Below are positions 52,767 through 64,000 of a stretch of 64,000 nt of DNA, piece by piece. The notes below the pieces were generated by a model that was given only the letters and a program-made list of their open reading frames with translations, made no database searches and had not been told where the DNA came from. Every line of letters starts with the position of its first letter. The stretch's first letter is position 1. The position numbers and the translations under genes were made by a program. The DNA is from Fistulifera solaris (Eukaryota), in the NCBI GenBank assembly GCA_030295235.1, contig AP026135.1, positions 1,116,001 through 1,180,000 of the forward strand, read 5' to 3'.

Positions 52767-53945
52767 TTAAGCGGCGGCAGCGGTCGCCTTTTCACTCTTC
52801 TTGGCAATGGCGGCCTTCTTCTCGTAGAGGGATCGGATGGCGAACGCGGCCAAGGTTTGCATCAAACCAGTACCGTTGTTGGATCCGGGAGCATCGGCCA
52901 AGGCCAACATGGCTTGCGTCAATTCTCCGTAAAACTTGGTGTTGGTGTTGGAAAGGGCCGATTCGACATAGACCAATTCTTGAATGTTATCAAAGTTTCC
53001 GTCCATCTCCAAGACTTGCACATCCGAGCCAAAGTAGTCATCGGGGTAGGAAGCAAGCTTGATTCCGGGAGCCGGAGAAGAGAGCTTTCCGGGAGCCGGA
53101 GTCCATTCAATCTTGGAGCCTTCATCAAAGAGGTAGCAGGGCGCAAAGTTCTCGACGCCGAGCTTTTGAATGCATCGGACGCGAAGAGTCTTCTTGTCTT
53201 CCTTGTCCAATTCGGTAGGGAGGACTTCGACAATCAAGTCGGCATCCTTCTTTTGGGGGTCAATGTAAGCATCAAAATCGGGTTTGCGTGCTTCAATGGA
53301 GGCAAGGATGGACTCCAACGAGTGACCACGCTCTTCCATGTCACGTTGGATCTTCCAGTTGAGCTTGACATCGGGAGAAATGTCAAGGTAAAGGGTAAAG
53401 TCGAGCAAGTCTCGCACACGTTCGTCGTGCATAGGGTGAAGACCTTCAAAGATGATGATCGGAGTCGGTTCGACGGTTTCCGGTGTGTCGAGGGTTCCGT
53501 TGACGTGGTTGTAGATGGGCTTGGAAATAGTCTTTCCTTCCTTGAGTGCCTTGACTTGTTCGTACATGAGATCAAAGTTGTTCTCCAAGGGGTCCAAAGC
53601 TGTGCGCTTGGTGACTTTACGTCCTTCACGGTCGTTCAAGTGATAATCATCGAGGCAGATAACGGTAGTCAAGTCAGACACCAAAGTGTTGGTTTCCCAG
53701 CCTCCTTCTTTGCCGAAACCACCTCCCAAAGGACCAACAACATCTCCTCCAAAGATACTGGTCAAACGACGCATGAAAGTAGACTTTCCGCAACCCGAAT
53801 CGGCGGCAACACCGATGACAATGGGCGTTTGACCGGGTTTGAGGGCATCCAACTGACTGTCCCCACGAAGATGAGCCGGTCGGAAAGCGACGGGAGAGAA
53901 AGCAGCAGCCGAAGCGACTAAAGAGGAAACAACAAAGAATTTCAT
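52767..53945 (-). CDS. PRK: Phosphoribulokinase, plastid precursor
   Basis: MKFFVVSSLVASAAA-FSP bipartite presequence; AADSGCGKSTFMRR, ICLDDYH, EGLHP, QRDMEERGH and NGTGLMQT. Confidence 0.98.
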   Translation of the reverse strand: MKFFVVSSLVASAAAFSPVAFRPAHLRGDSQLDALKPGQTPIVIGVAADSGCGKSTFMRRLTSIFGGDVVGPLGGGFGKEGGWETNTLVSDLTTVICLDDYHLNDREGRKVTKRTALDPLENNFDLMYEQVKALKEGKTISKPIYNHVNGTLDTPETVEPTPIIIFEGLHPMHDERVRDLLDFTLYLDISPDVKLNWKIQRDMEERGHSLESILASIEARKPDFDAYIDPQKKDADLIVEVLPTELDKEDKKTLRVRCIQKLGVENFAPCYLFDEGSKIEWTPAPGKLSSPAPGIKLASYPDDYFGSDVQVLEMDGNFDNIQELVYVESALSNTNTKFYGELTQAMLALADAPGSNNGTGLMQTLAAFAIRSLYEKKAAIAKKSEKATAAAA

Positions 53946-54419
53946 GGTAACAAAAAGACTAACAGTAGTATTATGAGAAAGATGTTTGTGTTTGTCGTTG
54001 TTGTCGTCTTTCATTCTCCCAAAAAGAGAGAGAGGGAGAGAAAACCAGGCGACGTGAGCATCCTGGTGAGGGGCAAGTACGTACCCCCAAGACCACTCTT
54101 TATTTCAGTCTCCATCCAGCCAATTACTGACGTTGGTAGGTAAACTCCCACATCAACAGAGATACTGGTCATCGGAGCGGTACTCAAGGGGTCAGTGTCT
54201 CCAAAAACCTTTTCGCCACGTAGTCTCTTTCTCCGTGGCTTTTGTGGCCACGAAGATTTTGGCGCGCTCAAGAGCCAGATGGTTCGAGTCTGGTGCCAGC
54301 TGTACAAGGAGGCACACGTTTCGTACGCGCGTCCCAACACAGACAAGCAACTACTTCTCATTCACGAACTAGGACGAGAAGTCCAACTATTGTAGTGGCT
54401 TCCCACATTGAACTCTCCT

Positions 54420-55564
54420 TCACTCCACTGACAGATCGAATACAATTTTACTGCGAATAGGACCCGTTTGTGCTTTCTCCCATCGTAGAGCTTCGGCCCA
54501 ATCGCGTAACGGAAAGACTTGCACCGGAGGTAGTTGAATTCCGGCCGAAGAGGAGTCGTAATAATCACGAACCAGTTGCTGCACAAATGCAACACGTGAT
54601 TCATAGGATTGCTGCCACATCCATTGACTGTGCCAATATCCTTTCAATTGCACGTTGCGAAAAATCAAATCACTAGTGGATACGGAAACCGGTTGTTGTG
54701 ACATGCCCCCGTACGTCACATGCCAACCATTTGGTTGCAACAATTGCAGTAGCAGTTGCGACGATAGTCCACCGACAGCATTGAAAGCTGTCTGAAAGTT
54801 CCATTCCTCACGGAGGGCACGTATTTTGTTGCGGTCATGAATATACTCGTCTTCGATCAGAATCTTGGTATGACTGGTTGACGTGACATAATCGTGTAGT
54901 AAATCCATTTCGAGTAGATTACTTCGACGTCGCACAAACGATACGATGGGTGTTCGAGTCATTTGTGCGAGTATCGTCGCGACCGCCGAATTGCCGGCAT
55001 TCTGCACAATGGCTCCATTCTCGTTCCCTTGTTGCAATAGATTGTAAGCGGTTCCCACCAATTGAAAGAAAATGGCGTCATGTGGGCAGAAAGGATGTTG
55101 TGTTGATGTTGATTGCTGCTGCTTGGAAAAACGGGAAGAACGTATTCGAATGGTAATGAAACATGGGAACGAAACGTTCCGATTCCTCCAACGGTAATGA
55201 CCGTGTCTCCTACTTTTAGTGGTTTGTTGCTGCTGTCAGCATTCTCTAGCTCCGACACATGAATAACTACTCCTATTCCCTCTGCTCCGGCTACATTGCG
55301 TTGCGTCACGGACGATTGTCGCCACGAAGGAGACGCCAACGAAGGATATTTGCCTTGCACTTGATTGACATCGGCCGGATTCCATGCCGCGTATTTCATT
55401 TCCACAGTCACATGATTGCTGTTTTGTTGTTGACTTGGTTGCAGCTCATGATATTGCAGGACTTGCAGAGGATCACCATGTTGCGCAAAGCTCAATTCAT
55501 GATAAAGACGTCGTTTTACAACGATCGAGGTCGAAAAGAAGAGACTGTTGCTTTTCCTTAGCAT
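54420..55564 (-). CDS. MECR: Mitochondrial trans-2-enoyl-CoA/ACP reductase
   Basis: WNPADVNQVQGKYP, AGAEGIG, VQNAGNSAV, NAVGG, VTYGGMS and LIFRNVQLKGYW. Frameshift near 55070. Confidence 0.88.
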
Positions 55565-56156
55565 GATGCGCTTTTGATTCTAGTCTACCTGCAACAATGT
55601 CTTTGTTATCAAGCTACAACAGTTTGTCAAACGAGAACGTCGATCGTCGATCGACGATCGTCTTCTTCTTCAATTCTTTACATACACTCTCATTCTTTCG
55701 TCCGCCATCGTTTCGAAAAATGCCATCAAATACGTAATAGTAATGCTTATTGTCGCACCGTCGGACCCCTTCATCTGCCATGTAGTTTTTCACATTTCAG
55801 TCTACTTGGGCAATGGATACTTTGCGCATCGGTACCCAGCCTTTAAGTAAAATTAGTCGTTACATAGTCACACCCGTTCACACAACTTTGTATTGTGACG
55901 TTCCAGTACGGTACCGGTACCGGTACCATACCGGTCAGGCAATACCGTGCGTCCCCCTTCCGCCGCGCGAAACAACACAAGCAAAATGAACGCGACCACG
56001 ACTTCAACAGAAAAAGGAAATGCTGCATTTTTGCAGATAAACCTTACTTGTACAAGTAATCAGAACTTCTAGGATGTATTTGTGACTTGTGACACACATC
56101 ATTACACCAGATATTGCTATACCTTCATCTCATCTCTCTTCTTATCATTCTATCGA

Positions 56157-58335
56157 ATGAGCTACAACAACAACAACAACAACAACAACAAGCGCAACAA
56201 TTCGCACGATAATAGCAAACGCCGTTGCATCGGAGGCATTCGTTCGTCTCCTCGCTATCCAGCGGCGACCGCGCACTTGACCGCAACTGCGGAAGGGATC
56301 CACAAACTGGTCGAGCATGATTTTCCTCTACTAGTATGGTTGTTGTCATCTTCTACAACGTCTTTGCAAGATCGCATTTACGATGGAAAAGAAACACTAT
56401 GCGTAGAATTACTTCCATCCGTACAACGACAAATACAACAATCTCTCGAACGATCCGACGATATTCCTCTCATTCGTATTCACGGCATTCTCGAACGACC
56501 CCATCAAGCACCGAATATTGTATTAGCATCTGCTGAATACGTACGATTTGCTCATGATCACGAAGTCAATCCCATTCGATCACATAGCGCAACTTGTACG
56601 TCGCGATCCTTTACGCCCGATCCGAAGGTGGGAGGATTTACGCCCGTCTTTTTACAACAATGGGCGCCTTTCTTGTCGAATGAGGAACTAGCGGGAATCG
56701 CTACAACTACTTCGAATTGTAAATTGGAGACGCAACAACCTATTTTGAACTTCTTTCAACAACATGCGGCACGGCAAACATTGCAACGACAACAGCAACA
56801 GACGCATAGTATCCTTCATTCCGTGAATCACGACGATGACCAAAACAACAACGACTCTGACCACAGCACCGCAACAGCTTCGTCACAGCAACAAGTCTAT
56901 TGGAAGGCACTAAAGGACTTTCAGCAAACGCAAATGGACAAACAATCGGCCAGTCTCACTTCCAATGTGGGACGAGAAACGGCGGCGGTGGCAGAAAAGG
57001 TCGTGGCACAACATCGCAAAGCACTCGAGCAAGCGTTACTAGACGAAACAACAGCACTGACACCGCAGCTGTTGATGCAGTGGCATGCCATCCTGTTGCA
57101 AGGACTACATGCACAAGCGGGGCAGTACCGAACCAAGACCGTCAAAGTCGGCTTGACGCAATTTCAAAGTCCCACCAATGTCATGCACGACATGGAAACC
57201 GCTTGTCACATACTGGAAACAGTACTGCGTCCCCGCTTACTTCATCAACCCCAGACGGCCGTGACCTTTGCGGCCGCCGTCTTCATGGCCATTGTGGATG
57301 TCCATCCCTTTGCGGATGGCAATGGTCGTTTGGCACGCATTGCGTTGAATTGGGCCGCTCGTGTTGCCGGTTTCCCCATTTCGATTCATTGGTGTGCAAC
57401 GCCGCAGCAGCGGCACGAGTATTCGCAGGCGATTATGAATACCCGCCGTAATTTACATTTTCAAGCGTATGGTGATGTCCACAAAGAGCAACTATTGGAG
57501 GCCTATCAGACCTTTGGAGCATTCCGGCCGCTGGTGCAATGGATTGTACAACGCTGGAATAAAACGATAGCGGAATGGGAGAATGTGATGCGCGAGAAGT
57601 CAGCGCACGCGCAAGAACAAGACGAAGCGCGTGCGGCGCGTCGGGTCCGGGAGGCGTGCGGCGGCGGGATCGTGTTTGATTTGTTTGGACGATTCTCCCA
57701 ATATTTCGACGTTGTGTTGTGGGAAAGCCGTACATTTGAATTGTATGGCGGAATGGTTGGCCCAACAGAATACGTGTCCGCAATGCCGGAATGAACTGCC
57801 GGCCTTGTCGCGGCCGCCCAATACCAATAACGGCAATGCTCGAGCGATCAATGATACGGAATCCGTGGCAAATGACGACGGTGATACGAATAGTATCGAG
57901 GAAGAACCGGGATTTTGGCAACAGATAGTAATTGACCAAATTGCCCAACACATTCAAAACAGCAATAACAACAACGTCAACAACGGTAACAATAACAACA
58001 ACCAGAATGACACAGAAAGCACAAACTCAACCGAAGACACCCAAGAGGCAGACGATAATGATACATCGGTGGCGAGCGGCAACGGCATAATACCGGAAGG
58101 AAGTGAGACGATGGAGTATTTCCGATCGATCTACGGACCGGACTTCAATCCGAACGACACAGACGACACGAACGACACAACCGAGAGTGGCCATCGTCCA
58201 CCCACGCCGCCTCCGTTTTGTTCATACAACCAGTGCAACAATCGCTCCGCTCGGGATTGCGCGAATGACGCGTGCGGTAAATGTTGTGTCACCTGGGGAC
58301 AATATGGTTGTCAGCGACACAATACGTCGTACTAG
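56157..58335 (+). CDS. Fic-domain protein fused to a RING finger and a C-terminal Cys/His zinc finger (frameshift ~57655)
   Basis: HPFADGNGRLAR; CLICLD...LCCGKAVHLNCMAEW...CPQCR; CSYNQCNNRSARDCANDACGKCC...CQRH. Confidence 0.85.
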
Positions 58336-59178
58336 AAATCAGATATTTTGATCAAATAAAGGGATTTCACTTCTTGCTTTTTTTTATAAGAATCGAGTTA
58401 TGTTCCTTTTTGTTTTAGCCAACAGTCTCGAGACCGAACTGTAGCTAGCACCTACTGCGAAAAAGGATGGTTTGGCTTCTGAACAGACTTTCGAGATGGC
58501 TCTAAACAGTATCAAGGGAAATGATCTTTCAAGTTTTGGGCTGAGATTGGAACATTACATGTACCGTATTGTTCGCAAATCCAAAGGGGACCGATGCACA
58601 TGTTTCGAAGTTTTAGAACGATTGATTTTAGAAAGGAAGAATATCTACACGAAAATGCGCCTATCTGCTAGTAAAATGCACCACTCCGAACGATCATCCG
58701 GGGTTATGCTTTTCAACGTTGCTCTTGAGCCATAGTTGATACTGGCATGTAGCTCTGATTGGATTTCAGTCATGAACCGCAAGGATTGCTACTCCGTTTT
58801 TCACTTGTTTATGACCAAAATACTGTTCTCCACATACCGGTTTACAATGTACCGGTACTCGGGCGTCACTCTAGAGAGTCACAAGCAACAACTCAAAAAT
58901 GTTTTTTCGTTTGAGACACGGCAAACGGATCGAACATCGATCGCAAACATCCATTCGCATTGCCCTGTCATTAAGTTCGATTGTACATCACGAAAGCATT
59001 ATACTCCGTATAGCAATTTTATTATTCCTTCTCATTTTCTCTTTATCCTTTGTTACCTCGCATATCTCTCTCGTCGAAGAGACAGTCGTCTTTTCGTCGT
59101 CTTCTCCTCATTGACAGTTGCAATTCTTTGAAGCATTCTTATTGTTCGATTTCCTGTCGTTACGAATCATCATTATCC

Positions 59179-60397
59179 ATGTTGGAAGGATTGAAAGATA
59201 AAGCTGAAGGAGAGCAAGTCCTTCTTAACAAGCGCGCTTCGCTACAAAGTACATTTGTTGATTCTGATTCTGCCGACGAAGATGATGATGCTCAAGAAGA
59301 AGGAGAACGTACTGAAGAAGTGATAGAACGGGTTACACAGGACGATGACATTCCGCTTCTTCAGCGAGTCGAAGCATTGTATCAGGAAGAGAAACTACTT
59401 GAAGCGGCTCGTCTGCTGCGAACCTTTCTTCAAGAGGAAAGCAAGTCTTTTCATCATTTGAATGCACGATACCGAGACATTCTCACCGAGGCCCACGAGA
59501 TGGAAAACGCACTTGCGGATATTGTGGGTCCACCCAGTGATCAGTGGGACCGTCAAAGTAGTTCGTCATCGAGCGGTGGCAAATACCGTCGTCCAACCGT
59601 CATTTACACAAAGTTCGATCCAGATTGGAAGTTAACATGCCGGATTGAAACGCCGATTGAAGCGAGTTTGTTGGTACCACTCTTGTCCGTCTTGAATGAG
59701 ACGGACTTGTACGATACCTGGATCCCTTCGTGGCGTTTTCCAAAAGTTGGGGTCTCACAGTCTCAGAAACTGCACCACAGTGGGAAAGCAAATCAGTTGG
59801 TCCAAATCGTGTGTGACGTACCTTGGCCCTTGCGGACAAGGGAAGTGATAGTACAAGCCACGGCGGTAGATGAAATTGATGAACGCGGGTATATTGTCAT
59901 TCGATTGAATACACTTAACGAGCAACAGCAACAGCAACATCCGGCGGTGCACGAAAAAGATCCAGAGCTGGTGCGAGTGGACTTTGATGGAGCTATACTT
60001 TTTCGCGGGTGCCCCCTGGATCACGAATTGCGAAAGAATTTAGACCCAAACGACCCGTTATCACAAGACCCACTTGTTCTGGTTTCGTTTAAAATGTATG
60101 TATGCTTGGTAAGCTTTAGTGTCACTTTGAATCTCATTCCTCTCATAATATGCGTTCGGTCTTGCTTCCTCCTCTTACTCTACTAGGTTCTTGGATTCCA
60201 AGTTTACCGCCGTCCCCACCAGTTTGGTCAATTTTTGCACCAAGACCGTCATTGGATCTATGTGGAACATGTTTTTAAAAGTGGCGGAGGATGTACGTGA
60301 TGGCACGCGACCAGAACATGCCAAAATCATTGCCGACAAAGCAACTCTATACAAGTGGATTGAACAACGAAGTCAAATCATGTTGGAACAGCTTTAA
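59179..60397 (+). CDS. START/SRPBCC-like lipid-binding domain protein
   Basis: LLSVLNETDLYDTWIP and VPWPLRTREV. Intron 60096-60186 joins the two ORFs in frame. Confidence 0.78.
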
Positions 60398-60567
60398 GGG
60401 GATGTTTTTGCCGGATTTTTATGATCGGTAACGGCGACTTAAACCAAGAGGGTGAGAGGTGTACCATGAAACCGTAAAGGGTCGTGCCGGGCCATCTCTT
60501 CTGTGCAGCCGGTTTACCACAAAAACAAGGCATGCTGCATGGTCTTTTACCCATTTATCCATAATGC

Positions 60568-61573
60568 TTAAAATGAAATAAAACCATCCTCGCCTTCTAT
60601 CTCTTCTGTTTCCTTTGACTCTTCAATTGTATTTATGGTTGCCGTTTCAGCGTTGAGTTTCACTCCTTGCTTGGATACCTTTTTTCGCAACAGCGCGAGA
60701 CGGATCGGATCCTCTCTGCGCAATGTCAAAAGGTGTTCTACCCCCTCGGCGTCGATGTGCATGTCGAATGGCTGCATCAGCAGCTCCTTGAAACCAAGCA
60801 TCTTTCAACCCTGTCACGGTCGTAATCATGTGGAGGACGTCGGTATACGAATGCAAGGCCAATTCTCCGTCGATTGGGTCGCTGTCTGAATTTGTAGTAG
60901 TACTAGCAGTAGGTCCAGAACTGAACAAAAGATAAGGTCGCGACACACCGAGACACGCCAACTCCAATTCTCTACACGCTTGCACAAAATGCGGTCGCAA
61001 TGATTGCTGTAGAATAGCAGCAGCATAGGGAATTTCCAAGACAGCTCCGCGTGCGAACAAGGCCCGCAGATCGTTGGATCCTATGGAATACGGCAATCCA
61101 CCACGCACAGATGCATAATCCAAGGTCACAATATCAGTATGTGAGGACAAACACGCCTGTCGAAACGTGGCGGCGTTGCGTGGTGCCACAGATAGAAGAT
61201 CATACTCTTGTATCCACGAGGAATTTGTTGAAGAAGAAAACAAGAAGGCCACTTCTGAAACACTTTCGACAACAACGTGAAGTCGTCGTTGACACTTAGT
61301 CAACGTTGTGCGTGAATTGCTGTCGTTACATGGAAACCAGGAATCGGGAATTACCTGACCAGCCTCATGTTTTTGAGAAGCGCCGAAGACAGTATGCGTA
61401 AGAGCCATGGAATGATATCCAACGGATTGCAAGCGGTCGGAAATGGAACGGATTTGCAAGGCAATGGGCGGTTTCGAAGGCAATGGAACGAATAAATCAT
61501 GTCTTGCAGAGGACGTAGCCGAGGTAACAAAATAGTGTTTGCGCTTGCGATTTGGTCCTTTCTTCCTGTTCAT
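60568..61573 (-). CDS. RPP30: RNase P/MRP protein subunit p30
   Basis: GYHSMALTHTV, YDLLSVAPRN...FRQAC, DIVTLD, GAVLEIPYA and LLFSSG. C-terminus affected by a frameshift. Confidence 0.85.
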
Positions 61574-62761
61574 ATTGTTGCTTGGATATGGTAATGAATA
61601 TAAATCGATTGTAACTTATCCTATTGTTAGAAACTACACCGGGAGAAATTATGACAATCGCGCAGCCAAATTATTACGGAGTGTTAAAACTGTTGGAAGT
61701 TGCTGGCGACGACAGACGGACAAACTCGAAACGGGAAGGGATGCTGGTTTCATCGTTAACGATGCTCGCATTACTCATATATATATATAAAATTCATGAA
61801 TTTCTTGATGTTCCCTACTCAAACCGTAACCTCATAAGTCGTAGAAGCAGGAATCTTAATCGACCAAGCGATTAGGAGTCGTTATCACTACCAGTACTTG
61901 GTCGTCGTTTTTCAAGTTGGTAGTTGGTGCATCACTACTTTGTATGGTAATCTCACACAAAGCTGTATTGCTACGAAAACAAGCTTGACGTGAACACTTT
62001 GCAAAGCTGCAGCTCATGCACTACATCACGATGAAGCTCCACGCTCCACCTCTTTAATCCCTGCTTCGTCTTCCATGTTGGAACTTCCAAGTGCAATAAG
62101 AGTAATCTTGATTTTTAATCTTTTTAGACTCTCTCGCTCTTGTACAGTAGAGCTTTTGAGAGACCCGCTTTGTCGTTGCTTTTGGTACCGGTACCGTACC
62201 CATTAGTTCAAAGTTCAATGCTCAATGCTCGATGCGCAGCAACAGTCCCGGTGTAGAAGTAGTTTCAAGTTGGACGCTGTGATTTTGATCGCTGCTTGAT
62301 GATTTCTGATTATTTCTGATCACTGATCACCGACTGCCGACTCTAGTGAGAACCAAGATGTCCATGATCCAGGATCGCGCCAGACTTAAGTACTTTATTC
62401 GTGAGTGACTTTGTATTTCTTCGTTTTTGATTCTCATTTCTCCCATTTACTGTAATGTCAATTGTACTCATCGAATAAGAAATGTCTTTCCCCGAAGTTT
62501 GCTATAGCCGTTATGAAGTAAAGACGAAGTCGCAGCCTACAGCAATAATTGAAGCGTTCGAGTTCTCTACTGTTCCTTAAGTTCATCAATCTTGCATCTT
62601 GCATTCGTGATCATGACCATCATACTTTTCGCTGGTCGAAAAGCGCAAACTACTTTTTCTGTCCTTGATGTAATTAACCAGTGTCAGAAGTCAGAAATGA
62701 TTTTGACTACCTTTTCACAAATCGTTTGATCCGCTTACACGAAGTAATATCAAACGGCAAC

Positions 62762-63313
62762 ATGAAGCTCTTGCTAATCAGTTTGCTATCCGTTCTCTCT
62801 TTCGCCCACGGCCAACTGGATGGAGAATTGTTTGCACCGGCGGAGCCGCCCGAGATGGTCGTCTACTATGTAAATTGGCAAGCTCCATCCACTGTCTGCA
62901 ATGAAACCGAACTTGCGTACATTGACAACAAGATGCTCCCCGACCTGGACATGACTTTAGTGCAAAACAACTTTGAGACGCCGGCGTGGGAAGTTCCCTC
63001 CACCTTGACGCGACGTGAACTTCAAAATGGCAATGCGAATCCCAACAACAATGGCAAAGCAAACAACTGCGACTTTTGCCGACGTTATTACCCTCGCAGT
63101 CTTTGCAATGTAATGTACAACTGCAGAAATCGTCGTGAGCTTCGTGGGGCTGCAGAAGAAAAGCGTGAACTGCAAACTCATGAAGAACTTCAAGCCGAAC
63201 TTCTTAGTGCTTGCAGGAACAGCATCATGGAGCTCTTATACAGCCGACAAATCAGCCGTAATTGCAAGCGAGCCATTCGATGGGCGCGATGCTATGTCCA
63301 AATTATGGAGTAA
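62762..63313 (+). CDS. Secreted Cys-rich precursor with RxL sites, paralog 3
   Basis: Signal MKLLLISLLSVLSFAHG; PPEMVVYYVN, YIDNKMLPDLDM, three REL sites, CDFCRRYYPRSLCNVMYNC and C-terminal ARCYVQ. Confidence 0.88.
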   Translation: MKLLLISLLSVLSFAHGQLDGELFAPAEPPEMVVYYVNWQAPSTVCNETELAYIDNKMLPDLDMTLVQNNFETPAWEVPSTLTRRELQNGNANPNNNGKANNCDFCRRYYPRSLCNVMYNCRNRRELRGAAEEKRELQTHEELQAELLSACRNSIMELLYSRQISRNCKRAIRWARCYVQIME

Positions 63314-64000
63314 TGATTGGGTCCAACAAATCGAATGGACCGAAACGTCTCTCTCTTTCCTCTTGCAAAACGCCTCATTACTGACGAGGGGCACCGTTAA
63401 TAACTATGTATATGAATGACTTAGATCTCCATATTAATCATTGTCGGCTTAAGGGATTCTACGCGATGAGTTGTTGACCTTTCTGTTCAATCATGAAAAT
63501 ATATTTCGTCGGCGACTTTTGCCTCTGTAATGTCTCGTGCGCGCTTATTGACATAGTGCTCGCTCCTCATTGCATTGATCACGCTTTTCCCGTCTCTTCT
63601 ACAGTGGCGCATCCCAAGGCATTGTTGTCTCCCTATTGTCGATCATCTCGCATCGCATGTCCACCACCTTAGGATGCAATAAAGAATTAGTAGGGATCAG
63701 GGATTCCAGTGTCGTTTTTAGTCACGATAAGACATGATCTTACAGTAGTGCAGCAAGTACTTTCGAAAACTCCATTCAACCGCACGAAAAGCGAAAAGCC
63801 ACTTCTTCGTGTTCGGGCTTTTGCACTTCACAACCTAAACACGACAATACCTGGTATGCTTTTTATTATTCATTCATGACAATTAGATTAGAAGTCGAAT
63901 GCCGAAACGATTGAATCGAAGACGCAACATCGGCAATCCACAAGCAACAGGCTATCGTCTTCAAAGAGCCTGTCACACATGTTCGGGATGCCGACGACCG

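Noticed and set aside
52857..53921. 354-aa antisense ORF over PRK
   Set aside because: Shadow frame expected from strong codon bias in a highly expressed gene; no motifs.
63971..64000. Start of a second LTR (TGTCAC...)
   Set aside because: Only 6 bp match the LTR terminus and the window ends; unsupported.

Overview
Eukaryotic nuclear DNA, almost certainly from a diatom: compact genes with short GT-AG introns, bipartite signal-peptide/ASAF-type plastid presequences (PRK, GST), and a CoDi-like Ty1/copia element. The window holds about 25 protein-coding genes, one full-length and apparently recent LTR retrotransposon (36666-43764; 5-bp TSD, TG...GA ends, half-tRNA-type PBS), a palindromic 31-34 bp minisatellite and a degraded inverted gene duplicate. 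Many conserved genes are broken by 1-nt indels, mostly in homopolymers, which I read as assembly error. The most interesting signals are: (1) three dispersed paralogous secreted precursors in which RxL sites flank a conserved 4-Cys peptide, a candidate undescribed processed-peptide system; (2) a giant protein with acidic repeats, a RelA/SpoT-synthetase-like domain and a helical C-terminus; (3) a Fic-RING-zinc-finger fusion; (4) a palindromic TACC(A/T)GGTA motif strongly enriched in intergenic DNA. All calls come from reading motifs by eye; no database searches were run.
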